A DNA stretch of 64,000 bases from Octopus vulgaris (lineage: Eukaryota), in assembly GCA_951406725.2 (NCBI GenBank), contig OX597814.1, positions 129,952,001-130,016,000 of the forward strand, written 5' to 3'. The notes beneath the pieces are model-generated. The model did no database searches. It was not told the origin of the DNA and saw nothing but the letters and a program-made list of their open reading frames with translations. Shown here in pieces: positions 26,214 through 39,003 of the stretch; the stretch's first letter is position 1; each line of letters starts with the position of its first letter. Both the position numbers and the translations under genes were made by a program.

Positions 26214-27424
26214 AACTGTGTAGCGAATTATGCAGAGCAGAATGTTAAATGTTTACAAAATAAAAGTAAAAACGATTAGACAATAATAGACGAAACCGCT
26301 CCTTTTCAATTTCCCCAATCCGAACATGGATATATCCATGGTATGTATTATGGCTTTCCTTTTGAGGATCCTGTCTCAACATGCCCAAGCAATTATACGA
26401 ATATTCAATTCGTGTTCATTTAATCAATAGAATCGAATAAGAGAATAAATACATGCTTTGATAAACAGCTAAACATGAGAAAGGTCTGCCAGATTTGTTG
26501 TTTATGTTTATTGAGAAAAGAGAAAAGGAATGAACAGAAACAATAGAAAAATATAAGAGTATATACCCATTTTCTTAATAACTACAACAATACAAAGTAT
26601 GGAATTGAATGGAAATTCTAATAACATTCTAATAGAAGCCATTATTGTCGGGAAATTACAAAAGATAAGAAATAAATATTGTAAAAAGCAAAACTTTAAA
26701 TCAACTCAGAACCATAGATATTCAATTTGGCTTTTCATCTTAGCTGTTTCCTGTTTTCTTTTTATTTTATTTGTGTAAAAGAAAAAGGTATTAACGATAA
26801 TTAATTTTCAGTAAGTTATTATTTTTTTTTCCGTTAGAGATAATTTAAAAAAAAAATTTTCATCTATTAATATTTTATCTTGATTACTTTTTTTTTCTTC
26901 CTGAGAGACAGATAAACAAATACCGTTAGATTAACCAACATATTCGTCTGGATAGCTATGAGCAGAAGAGGAGTACAAAGGTATGAAGCAGGCGGCTAAT
27001 GTGTAGGGCCAATAAAAACAATAAAAATTTTCATATTGAATTATGATTAGAGCAAGATAATGTAGAATGTGTACCCAAATATGATTCTCACTCTCTCTTT
27101 CTCTCTCAATCTTTCTCTCTTTCTCTCCCTTGCTCTTTCTCTTTCCTTGTGTTTCGTTATGAAAGTGTATGTTTGAATATCGAAAATATTGATTAATGTA
27201 ATACGCAACAGCAAATCAATTATTTGAGAAAATTTCTACGGATAATTTGCTGACTACAATGATTGAATTAAAACAATAACAAAACACGTCAAAATACAGT
27301 TGTTTCTTTAATTAATTAGTACGATGGGAGCATCTCCCATAACTTTTGTTGTCCTCAACTTGTGGAATCGATGATTTTGATACTCAATATGGTATTTTCT
27401 AGGTCGTCATTATTAGGACAATTA

Positions 27425-27837
27425 CCGTAAATCCTCGAGTATAATCCGCATTTTCCCCCAAAATTTAAAGGTCAAAATCTCTAGTGCGTATTATACACGA
27501 GGTTAAAAATGAAAATTATTTTCTAAGCAATGTGCGAGTGTCTATTTGCTGTCCGGCAATGTTTATTCTGATGCATTTTGTGATGTCGGGCGCGAAAATA
27601 CCTTAAGCTAAGCGTGAAAGCAATGAAGTCACGTTTGCATCATGTTATATATACAATAGTAATAAAGGACGTTACCGTATACAGTTTTACAAACCAAGGA
27701 CGTTATATAGACCTCCTTGACTCAAGTTAGAGAAGGGGTGCGTATTATACACAAGGTTTAGGTTTTTCAGAGGTACAGCCCCCTAAAAATCCCCTGCGTA
27801 TTATACTCAAGGGCGGACTATACTCGAGGATTTACGG
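27425..27837. mobile_element. Complete pogo/Tc2-type MITE
   Basis: TIRs CCGTAAATCCTCGAGTATAATCCGC / GCGGACTATACTCGAGGATTTACGG, TA target duplication, internal TGCGTATTATAC repeats. Confidence 0.9.
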
Positions 27838-28754
27838 TATTGACTTGTGGTGGGGAGTTTCTAAATGGTTAACATCTTGTTTTGCACAAGATCTGCAAGA
27901 AGAAATATTTTAGGCGACGAGAGAAGTAAAGGCAGGCACTGCATAGGCGGAATTGTTAGTTCAGAGGAACAAAGATGAGGCCGCTTACGGCAGCCAGCGC
28001 GTTTATGAGTCAACGGTTTTTGCTACACGTCAACAGCAAATGATAACCACGACCACGGCGTCCGCGCTATCCTACGTGCTTGTTCTCTCACGCACTTGCT
28101 CTCCCACGCGCCAGCGCGTTTGCTCTCCCAGTGGGGCATTTGACAAATTCGTCGTATGTGGCCAGCATACGTGAGGGTCGTGGTGAACTCGATGGTCGGA
28201 GCCGGCTGAACCTCCACCCCGGGCGAATACCGCTACAGGTATGAGTAAGTAGTTGTATAATAGAGATTTTATAATCGATCGACCGATAGCATGTAGGTGA
28301 GAATGCTGTGTGTATAACAATCTCAGATAAGTAATTAATACACCAATGATTGCCTTCATCTAGCTTTCTATAGGATCAGCAACTGACTGAGCCGAAGTAT
28401 TCCCAGGTTTTGAATAAGCGGTCATCGGTGTCAGAAACGATCGTCATAGTGAGACATGGTGTCTATAATGAGGAGATAAGTTTAATCGTATGCTGATCAT
28501 AGATATTAAGATGGAGGACAAGATTGTTGTGATGTTGTATTGGTACTGTTGAATAATATTAGGTTGTTATATTTCCACTGGTATATGGTTTTGAGATGCT
28601 GGAAGTGAGGCTGAACGAGCAGTAGTTTGCATGGTCCATGCTCTAACAGGTTGCATTACTTTGGAATGGGACACACTGTTTCATGTGCAAATAGACTGAG
28701 ATAGATTCTTGGGGGAAAAGAATGGGAAATAACGAAAAGGATAGAGATATAGAG

Positions 28755-28792
<38 letters not shown>

Positions 28793-28878
28793 ATAGGGAG
28801 AGAGAAATAGAGTGAAAGAGAGAGAGAGAAAAATGGAATGGGGAACATTTTTTTGAGGATAACTGCATGTTGTGGTAT

Positions 28879-28925
28879 ACCGTATTTTTTCGCATAAAAG
28901 ACGTCCATAAAAGACGCACAATAAA
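28879..28925. mobile_element. Solo pogo/Tc2-like terminal sequence
   Basis: TA-CCGTATTTTTTCGCATAAAAGACG start; no partner found. Confidence 0.4.
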
Positions 28926-29346
28926 TGGAGCAACATATAACCAGGAAAAAAGACTTTACTTCCTTAAAGCACGTATCTAGGCCCAACAGCCTATATAGGA
29001 CCTGGGATGAATTTTGGGGAATTTTTTTCTTCTGTGTTATCAAATAAGGTACCTTATTGTCTTCTGTGTTATCAAATAAGGTACCTTATTTGAGGGCAAT
29101 AGAAAGGGCATACGTGCGATTGTTGCGTTGGAACGATTAGTGAAGCTTTCTCACGTGGTGCTGAGATAGATGTAGAAGTAGAGTTTAAAAGGTCCCATCT
29201 TTTGTGCATGTGTGTGTAAAGTATAACAAGAAACACACACACGCGCACACACATACACGCGTATGCATGATATCTGTATACCTACCTACCTACCTACCTA
29301 CCTACCTACCTACCTACCTACATACATACATACATACATACATACA

Positions 29347-29378
<32 letters not shown>

Positions 29379-29380
<2 letters not shown>

Positions 29381-30032
29381 GGCTATGTCATGTTTCTGTG
29401 GAAGACATCACGCATATAACTAGCAGCTGTCCTAAAATGTCGTCATGGTACTACCTCCCTGTGCGGCACGATGTTGTTGCTAAAATAATTTACAATGCCA
29501 TGTGCAAAAAAGACCGTCCTGAAATAAACTTAAAAAATCCCCTATTATAGAATACATTCATAAACACCAACTCAAGGAATATTGGTGGAATATTCCCATC
29601 AAAACCTCTGTCAAAACTAAAAATAACAGGTCGAATATTGTTGTTTGGGACAGAGGGCAAAAGTATGTACCGTCATAGACGTCAGCTGGCCTGCGGATAT
29701 AAATGACTCTTTGAAAATCAAAGAAAAAGATATCTATGGACAACTGCTTCGAAACCTCCAGACTATTATTCATATTCATACTAATAATAATTAGAGCACT
29801 TGGTTTTGTTAGTAAATGCTTAAAGGAGAATCTGGATAAAGTGGGATTCTCAGAAAGAGGAAATCGACCGGCTAATTCGTACATTACAAGTGGAACAGTA
29901 AAAAATATGCAAGACTTTTCTGAAGTCCCAAATGTGAATCTGTCTGTGTTAACTACATCCTAAAAGAGGGAGCCTTGTGTCTTTGTTGGAAACCGGCTCC
30001 CTTCTCAGTGGAAGAGCTATAATAATTCAAAA
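29379..30032 (+). mobile_element. R4/Dong-type LINE 3' fragment flanked by (ATAC)n
   Basis: RLCHVSVEDITHITSSCPKMSSWYYLPVRHD; related to the 5.7-10 kb copies; shared GAAACCGGCTC 3' UTR motif. Confidence 0.85.
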
Positions 30033-30291
30033 TTAGCAGAGACATACATACATACATACATACATACATACATACATACATACATACATACATACATACA
30101 TGCATACATACTTACTCATACTCAGAGAGAGATTTAGGGAGAGACTTACAAAACAACTTGTACTAAAATTGAACAGTAGACGAGAAATTGCTAGTATTAC
30201 AATTTCCGTTGTAGATATGAAATTTGAGACATAAAGCAACGGATACATCACCTCCACCTTCTCCACCCAGCACACAAATATGTCTTTTACC

Positions 30292-30835
30292 TTTTATCTT
30301 TCATTTGTTTCTGTCTTTAGACTGCCGCCATGCGGATGTACCAGTATCTCTTGTTTTTAAGCCTGGTATTTATTCTATCATTCTCTCTTTGCCGATCTAC
30401 TAATTTACAGGGACGTAAACACACTAATACCAATTGTCAGGCAGTGGTGGAAGGACAAACAGAGGCACAAAGACACAGACACACATACACACGTACACAC
30501 ATACACATGTGCACACATACACATGCACACAATACGCTCACACACACACACATACACAGGTACACACGCACACATGCATACACAATACGCTCACACACAT
30601 ACACACGTACACACACACATGCACACACAATACGCTCACACACACACACACAAACACACACACACGCACGCACACATATGATAGGCTTCTTTTAGTTTCT
30701 CTCTACCAAATCCATTCACAAGACTTTGGCTGGTTCGAGGCTACACTAAAAGACCCTTGCTCAAGTTGCCGCACTATGGGACTAAACCCGGAAGAATGTG
30801 TCTGGGAAACAAACTTCTTACCATACCTGCGCCTG
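30292..30835 (-). mobile_element. Old SINE family A with expanded internal (CA)n
   Basis: Diverged tail, body and head in reverse complement. Confidence 0.75.
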
Positions 30836-30970
30836 TATGCAGTGATTATCCGAAGACACAGTTGTGAATGTTCGCAACGTTTCAAAATTTAGAGTGATAA
30901 AATTCTTTCTAATGAAATATTTGTATGTCCTCATCCACAAACGAAGCATCAGTTGAAGAAGTCTACAGAA

Positions 30971-31263
30971 TTTTTTTTCCTGCCTTTAACCCTCCAACGC
31001 GGATTTTAGGCCACTTATAGTTGAATTCCATGTCGCATAATTTTTCGCTTCTGTACTTATACTCTGCCATCAATGTCCCCCTTTCTCTAGTTCCTTTTGT
31101 GTTGATCTACGCTACGAGTTCTTAGGCCAACCTTTTTTTTCTATTTGTGCTACCAATCCACTTCCATTTTTTCTAAAATATTTGCTCCCTAATCGAAACT
31201 TGATTTGTTCCTTGCCATAGCTCCATATTACTTATGTGTTGGGGCCATCTAATTTTAAGTATT
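30971..31263 (-). mobile_element. RTE LINE 3' end, same family as 20439-22982
   Basis: Reverse complement of ~22640-22982 with a small internal deletion. Confidence 0.9.
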
Positions 31264-31850
31264 AAGTAAACTTTAATCAAGAAAGTGTATTCAAACAGGC
31301 TAATAAACCAAGCAAAGAGGATGATAGAAAAAGAAATAATATATCGCATCAAATACATAGGATTGCAGATCTTTTAAAATTACACAATCACGCTTAAAGC
31401 TTATTATATGAAACCACAGATTACAAGCTATAAAATATGCGAACATCTAAGAGACACCTCGTAAAAAAGACATCAAAATGCATTACATCAAACGATAAAT
31501 TAACGCTAATAATATACAGCCGATACATTAAAATTAAAATCTTTTTCATCAACAATAAACCACAAGCATGTAACTACCAAACAAGCATCTAATAATCGGT
31601 GGAATTTATATATTAAACTGCAAACGAGAACGTTGTGAACGTAATGACTCCAATTGTTGTATTAGCCATACAAGTGCGACATTCTCCCGCGTTTCGCTAC
31701 ACTCTCACAAGAAGGAACAATTGCAATTCATTATACCACGCAACCGGAAACAAAACTAGATATGGAAACATTAGTGGAAACTATATATATTTTCTACTGA
31801 ATACCCTACAAAAATAGTCAATGTCGGAAAATATACTTATAATATACTTA

Positions 31851-31995
31851 GGCGCAGGAGTGGCTGTGTGGTATGTAGCTTGCTTACCAACCACATGGTT
31901 CCGGGTTCAGTCCCACTGCGTGACACCTACTATAGACTTGGGCCGACCAAAGCCTTGTCAGTGGATTTGGTAGGCGGAAACTGAAAGAAGCCCGT

Positions 31996-32065
<70 letters not shown>

Positions 32066-32310
32066 TGTATGTATGTATGTATGTATGTATGTATGTATGT
32101 ATGTGTATATGTTTGTGTGTGAGTGTGTCCTCACCATCGCTTGACAACCGATGCTGGTGTGTTTACGTCCCCGTAACTTAGCGGTTCGGCAAAATACATC
32201 GATAGAATAAGTACTAGGCTTACAAAGAATAAGTCCTGGGGTCGATTTGCTCGACTAAAGGCGGTACTCCAGCATGGCCGCAGTCAAATGACTGAAACAA
32301 GTAAAAGCGT
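31851..32310 (+). mobile_element. SINE family A, full length
   Basis: Complete head, body and tail. Confidence 0.92.
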
Positions 32311-32677
32311 AAAAAGTAACGAGTATAATAAAGTCTAATATTGTAGTAAAGACACGGAAAAATGCACATCGATTAGAAAAACAAAACAACAAAAACAAAA
32401 CCAAAACAAAACAAAGTGAAAACTTGACGACTGATGTTAGTATATCTAATAATTAAAATTTATATTCCCACAGTAACTTCACCACTGAACGTAATGTTAA
32501 TCCACTCTAACAAAAGGGTTGAAAATTACATGCCGACATCATTTTCATCCCGACGATGAGTTTAATAAGTTATAGAGACCTTGATGATAGATCTGGAACT
32601 GTACTGTTCAAAACAACTTCAAGGATTTGATATGGATGTGTGAGAAACACTTTCTAGAAAAGCAAATTTTGATACAG

Positions 32678-32876
32678 AAGCGTTAGCACACCGGGAGAAA
32701 TGCTTAGTGGTGTTTCGTCTGTCTTTATGTTCTGAGTTCAAATTCCGCCGAGGTCGACTTTGCCTTTCATCCTTTCGGGTCGATAAAATTAAGTACTAGT
32801 TGCGTACTGGGGTCGATCTAATCAACTGGCTTCTCCCCTAAAAATTTTGGGCCTAGTACCTAGAGTAGAAAAGATT
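32678..32876 (+). mobile_element. SINE family B
   Basis: GAGTTCAAATTCCGCCGAGGTCGACTTTGCCTTTCATCCTTTCGGG. Confidence 0.88.
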
Positions 32877-33094
32877 ATATAAATTGATCTTGTGTTGAAA
32901 TACATCTCCTAGGTTTCCCTTTCGTAAACACTATATAAAATGTTGTTTGCTTTTCTAAAGTTCTTCTACACATACACTTTGCTGCAATTCACCATTTCCG
33001 TGACCGATTAAATAAATGCGGATCATGTGCAGAAGATGATTCAAGCTTGCTGTGTCAATTCCGTCCCTGATAATGGAAGATATTGTACATTTCC

Positions 33095-33440
33095 CTTTCT
33101 TTCCTCCTCTTACGCCCCTTCCTCCCGTCTTACTCCTCTTCCTCCCGTCTTACTCCTCTTCCTCCCGTCTTACTCCTCTTCCTCCCCTCTTCCTCTCCTC
33201 TTCCTCACCTTTTACTCCTCTTCCTCCCCTCTTACCCCTCTTCCTCCCCTTTTACCCCTCTTCCTCCTCTCTTCCGCCCCTCTTCCTCCTCTCTTCCTCC
33301 CCATTTACTCCTCTTCCTCCCGTCTTACTCCTCTTCCTTCTCTCTTCCCCCTCTCTCCCTCCCCTCCTACTCCTCTTCATCTCCTCTTCCTCCTCTTCTT
33401 CCCCTTTTACTCCTTTTCATCCTCTTCCTCCCCTCTTGCT
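33095..33440. repeat. Polypyrimidine minisatellite, 20-bp unit CCTCCCGTCTTACTCCTCTT
   Basis: Three perfect units at 33121-33180 plus degenerate copies. Confidence 0.9.
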
Positions 33441-35671
33441 CTTTATAATGCTGATACTGTTTTTTTCCGTCTGGCATGAAGGCAGAAAGTTTAAGTGGAG
33501 GTAGTTAGCTTACACCATCGACTTCAGTGTTTGATACTTTATTTCACCAGCCTCGGAAGAGATGAAAGGTAAAGTTGACTTCCAAGGGATTTTGACTGAG
33601 GAGGTATATTATTGTCGTCTATAAGGTCAGTTATCAAAATATTCCTGAGTGTCACTCTCCCAAGTGTCCAGAGCGCAAAGTAGTCGGCAACTGGGGAGTA
33701 ACTTGTTTCCCCGTAGAGATTCCTATCCCAGTATGGGTAACTTTGTTTTCTCTTTTTATATATTTTTTATCCATTTGTTTACGTTTTTGTTCATCCTTAT
33801 TCTTTGTTTGTCTATTAACAATTTCACTACATGTTTGGTATTTTAGTTAACGAGCCCCTGTGGCGAAAAATGAAACCGCTAATAGCTGTGGCCAATAATC
33901 AAACCGCTAATAGCTGTAGTTTTAGTGATGAAATTAGAATCAGTGTCATTAATGACGATACCAAAGTAGCAGCAGCAGTAGTAATAATAGTAGTAGTAGC
34001 AGCAGCAGCAATAGTAGTAGTAGCAGCAGCAATAGCAATAAAAGAATTACAGCAACGGCAGCCGTTCAAGAATTTGGACCTGGAGATCTCCATATCCAGC
34101 GGCTTCGAGGCCTACCTCCCAGTGGTGTCGGGCGTCAAGGAAGAGCCCTCTACTACAACAAGACAACCAAAGTTTTTTTTTCCAAGGTCTGGGGTTTCCC
34201 GCTCCTAAGCTCTAGACCATCACCTAATCACCCTTACCCGTCTTGCTGCTTAACAACAACAACAACAATAGCAACAGCAGTTGTAGTAGTAATAGTAATA
34301 ATAGCAACAGTAGGAAGCAGTTGCAGTCCTACCTTTCCGTCGTCGGCGATAACTCGCAGCCAGTGATTGAGCCTCTTCATCTTGATGGTTGCGAAGGGTG
34401 CCGGTGCCTGGGGTGGCTGTTCAGGCCAAGGGCGATAAAGAAGAACGGAGGGCATTTATCGCAGGGGAGAGTTGTTGGGGAACGAGAGGAGCGCCAGCGG
34501 TATCTTTCAAGGAACCAGTAAAACTCCAGTACTGCAGTTTCTGGACGCCAGTTTTTTCATGTCGTTTTCAAGATCCCGAATGCATTTAATGTGGAGAATA
34601 GTATCGAAATGATAACTGTTATTTTGAAAATTCCAGTATGTACGAGAGACAACTCTCGATATATTCTTATTAATAACTATTTGTCGAATTATATAGATAA
34701 GGAAATCGCTAAATAAGATTAGAGTAAAGTAAGCTGAGTAGGCATAAACATTTATCAGTATACTTGTATTAAATAAATAAACGAGGTTAAGTCTTCAGAG
34801 ATACTGAAATTATACCTCGATTTCATTGTCACTTTGCAAGCGTATAGCATTTCGTCTTACTGTTTAGTTTTAATTGACTTAACTCTCCAACTATAAAATA
34901 TACACAAATGTTTGTAAGGAAAATCCTATTTGACTGATAATTCGATTAATCGAATTTCATCTTGTTCCAGTAATCCACGTGTACAAGCATGTCGATAATT
35001 CAAAATGTCTGTCTTTCGATAATTATAAAAGATAAGATCTCAAAAAGCTTAACATTCGATATTTTGTGAAATTACTGTGTCCCTTCTTACCGTGATGCTC
35101 TAGCTCAATATATTTGCATAGTTCAAAGTTTTCTTTCTCGCAGTAATAATCATCTTTTTTCATTCAAATAGAGTGACGAAAGAAAATTGATATTCGTAAA
35201 TTCTCTTAAATATTAAAAAACGATGAATTCATATCCGAAGTCATAAAATGATTCCCTGATGAAAAATATTTTAGTCTGAGAAAGGCGTATCTATACTGGA
35301 TGCAGACTGTGAAACTGTGATGAAGAAAACAAACTAAAGCAAGTGAAGAACATATAAACGGAAATGACCCAATTTGTTAAGAACAACCACATATTCTGAT
35401 AATGCTTAGCGGCATTTTGTCTGTCTTTTTACGTTCTGAGTTCAAATCCCGCCGAGGCCTACTTTCTCTTTTATCCTCTCGGGGCCGGTTAAAAAGAATC
35501 AGTTAAAACTTTAATGACTTACTTCCCTCAAAATTTCTGGCCTCGTACCAAAAATTTGAAACCTAAATTAATGTTCTTTCTTTCAGAAACCCAGAATTTC
35601 AATATATTTGCAAAGTTCGAAGTTACGCTCAAGAGCTACAACATATCTTCTTTTATTCTTTTATTGTTTCT

Positions 35672-35851
35672 TTTTTTGCTTCAGTCATTTGACTGTGGCA
35701 ATGCTGGAGCACCGCCTTTAGTCGAATAAGCTTATTCTGTCGGTCTCTTTTGCCGAACCGCTATGTTACAGGGAATATAAACACATCAACATTGGGTTGT
35801 CAAACGATGAGGGGGCAAACACAGACAGACAGACAGACACACACACACACA

Positions 35852-35898
<47 letters not shown>

Positions 35899-36000
35899 CT
35901 TTCCGTCTACCAAATCCACTCACAATGCTTTGGTCGGCCCGAGGCTATAGTAGAAAACACTTACCCAAGGTACCACGCAGTGGGACTGAACCCAGAACCA
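35672..36000 (-). mobile_element. SINE family A
   Basis: Reverse-complement match. Confidence 0.82.
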
Positions 36001-36357
36001 TATAAATCAGGGCATACATGACTGTAAGGTTAAGAAGCTCACACCTCGTGGTTTCAGGTTCAGTCTCACTGCGTGACACCTTAGACAAGTGTATTCTGCT
36101 GAAACCCAATATCATCTCAGGAGCAGGGCATATAGCTTTGAGTGCCGCGGTTTTGGAATGTAAATCATTAACGAAGTATAAATATTATAAATATTTTTTT
36201 ATAGGTTTCAGACATTAGACTGTGTTATAAGTATGTCATCAATTTCAATGGTTTTAGTCCATAGCATCGGCCCCAGAAATTTGTCCGGTCTACATACAGA
36301 CACGCAATTATATGTTTATATGGAGTTATGTACGCATATAGTTATATTTTGTTCTTA

Positions 36358-36426
<69 letters not shown>

Positions 36427-36437
36427 CTATCTATCTA

Positions 36438-36520
<83 letters not shown>

Positions 36521-36524
<4 letters not shown>

Positions 36525-36865
36525 ATGAATATGGTGCTTACGTTGAGGCACCAGAAATTAGTGCGGTATTATCCATACAATTTCAAAGTAAGGTGATTAA
36601 AATCAAAATAAGCAACAAGGATATCCAGAGGTAATGCAGTACGATCGTTTCATGCGACTCCATTTAATTGAACAATGCAGCCATTACATCAATTTAAAAT
36701 ACAGAGCAATCTTCAGCTGCACAAATACATATAATTTATTTAAATTAGAACCGATGTTTAAATTGAAGTAATTTTAAATGGATGTAATGATTGAATTGTT
36801 CTTTTAAATGTAATTGCATGAAACGATCGCACTGCATTATCTCTGGATATCCTTGTTGCTTATCT

Positions 36866-36869
<4 letters not shown>
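36521..36869. mobile_element. (TA)n-embedded fold-back element, PLE pLTR-like
   Basis: ATAAGCAACAAGGATATCCAGAG..GATCGTTTCATGC inverted at ~36815-36863; second copy at 56650-56836 in opposite orientation. Confidence 0.75.
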
Positions 36870-36944
<75 letters not shown>

Positions 36945-36994
36945 ATCGTTAGCCACTACACACATTTTTTTCTCTCCTTGTTTTTTCTGTGTAC

Positions 36995-37030
36995 CTTTCT
37001 GTAGAAGAGCGTAGGCTCGAAACGTAAAAG
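36995..37030 (+). ncRNA. Minimal type I hammerhead (A6 to T) in a 180-bp (TA)n insertion (36943-37122)
   Basis: CTTT-CTGTAGA-A-GAGC gtag GCTC-GAA-ACGT-A-AAAG. Confidence 0.55.
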
Positions 37031-37143
37031 ACTTTTTTCTATTCCTGAACGTTATACTAATACATCTGTTTGTTTTGTACACCACCTGTCTTTGTCTTTT
37101 GTTTTCTTCGTAAACTTTCCCTATATATATATATATATATATA

Positions 37144-37415
37144 GTTAATCCAAACATGAACAAAGAGAAAACACAACGCGAGAACGTGGAACAAGTATAG
37201 TGTTATTGGACGCCCAGGAAAGGAAAGAAAGAAGGAGGATTTAACGTTTCGAGCGGAGCTCTTCGTCAGAAACATAGAAAAAGGAAATGTCCAAGGAACG
37301 GAAGACAGAGAAAGAAAATCGCCAACGATACACACGCAGTCAATCCAAACATGGACAAAGAGAAAACACAACAACGCGAGGACGTGAAACAAGTATAGTG
37401 TTACTTCACGCTCAG
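37144..37415 (-). mobile_element. Retrozyme/pLTR-like unit (~195 bp) with ~70-bp terminal redundancy
   Basis: Direct repeats 37144-37216 and 37339-37415 surround an HHR. Confidence 0.7.
37239..37273 (-). ncRNA. Minimal type I hammerhead, intact core
   Basis: GTTT-CTGACGA-A-GAGC tcc GCTC-GAA-ACGT-T-AAAT. Confidence 0.7.
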
Positions 37416-38353
37416 TTTTATATTTTATATTTTCAGTTATTGGACTGCATCCATCCTGGGGCTCTCCATTGATAGGTTAAGTCGATCAAATAAACCTCGG
37501 TACTTTGTCATCTTTGTCTGGTAATGTTCTATGGTGCTATTTTGCCGAACAGCTAAGTTAAATGAACGTGGACAAAAACAGGTTGCTAATGGCGAAGTAC
37601 AAGCATTAACGAAATGATAAACAGTCGCGCACGCGCCTCAGACACATAATTTCTGATTTCTCGTTATTTTCTCCCTACCTGTTTGAAATCATTACATTGT
37701 AAGTATTGTATCATCTTTTCGAACTGCTGCATCATCTTTGGGAGAAAAAATTGTATAGTTATTGTTGTTGAAGCTGAGACAGTTTGAAACATAACCAGAT
37801 GACAAGTACTTTGCTCTTCAAGAAATGTTTCCTCAATTTTTACTTGACTCTAACTGAGTTTGCTAATAAAATATCTGGATAATTTTTTGTATTTGACAAT
37901 CAATATTCTTTTCTTTGTTCGGTTCCAAGTCATTTTTTTCACCCAGGCTAATATCTAATTTGATAATTTTCAATTTTCAAAACTGATGTCTGAACAGGGA
38001 CAAAATGTGTGATAACTAATTTCAGTAATATATTTTCTTTAACTGCATGGTGCGTCAATATATCACGAAGCGAGCCACTCCAGGAGATCGTGAAAAAAAT
38101 ATAGAAATTATATTATGTTGAATATTTAGATTTAGTTGAGTTCCATTAATTTCATATCATGTGCCAGTTTTTCATGATCCTCTTTCAATTTAACCAAGAT
38201 AATTAATTTTTTTGTTTTACATTTCTGATTTTTCTAATGTCTGAGGATGAATATTGCTGTGTATGCGTCTCTTCCCAAATGCAATTCTGGAGAATGGAAG
38301 AAGCAAATTTACCTTATTTTGTCTTACTTATTTTGGTCCACTTTTACTATTTT

Positions 38354-38547
38354 ACTCTTTTACTTGTTTCAGCCATTTGATTGTGGCCATGCTGGAGCAC
38401 CGCCTTTAGTCGAGCAAATCGACCCCAGGACATATTCTATAGGTTTCTTTTGCCGAACCGGTAAGTTACGGGGATGTAAACACACCGGCATCGGTTGTCA
38501 AGCGATGTTGGGGGGGACAAACACAGAAACATAAACATATACACACA

Positions 38548-38615
<68 letters not shown>

Positions 38616-38690
38616 CTTTATTTAAAGCACCAGAAAATTCAACAAAATCTGTTACTCTGAGTTTCTCGTTGCCGTTCACCAGACAGTTTT

Positions 38691-38748
<58 letters not shown>

Positions 38749-39003
38749 TACACATATATATATATATACATTTCGTTTTTCGTTTTTCTTGTTTCAGCTC
38801 AGAGCTGGGCCATGCCGTTAAATACATATATATATATACATATATACGACGGGCTGCTTTCAGTTTCCGTCTACCAAATCCACTCACAAGGTTTTGGTTG
38901 GCCCGAGGCTATAGCAGAAGACACTTCCCCAAGGTGCCACGCAGTGGGACTGAACCCGGCACCATGTGGTTCGTAAGCAAGCTACTTACCACACAGCCAC
39001 TCC
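38354..39003 (-). mobile_element. SINE family A with two nested insertions in its internal microsatellite
   Basis: Tail and body 38354-38530, head 38845-39003. Confidence 0.88.
38645..38690 (-). ncRNA. Minimal type I hammerhead (A6 to G) in an 80-bp insertion
   Basis: CTGT-CTGGTGA-A-CG gcaa CG-A-GAA-ACTCAGAGT-A-ACAG. Confidence 0.55.

Noticed and set aside
35255-35290. CTGATGA...GAAA as a hammerhead
   Set aside because: No stem I, II or III pairing around the core words
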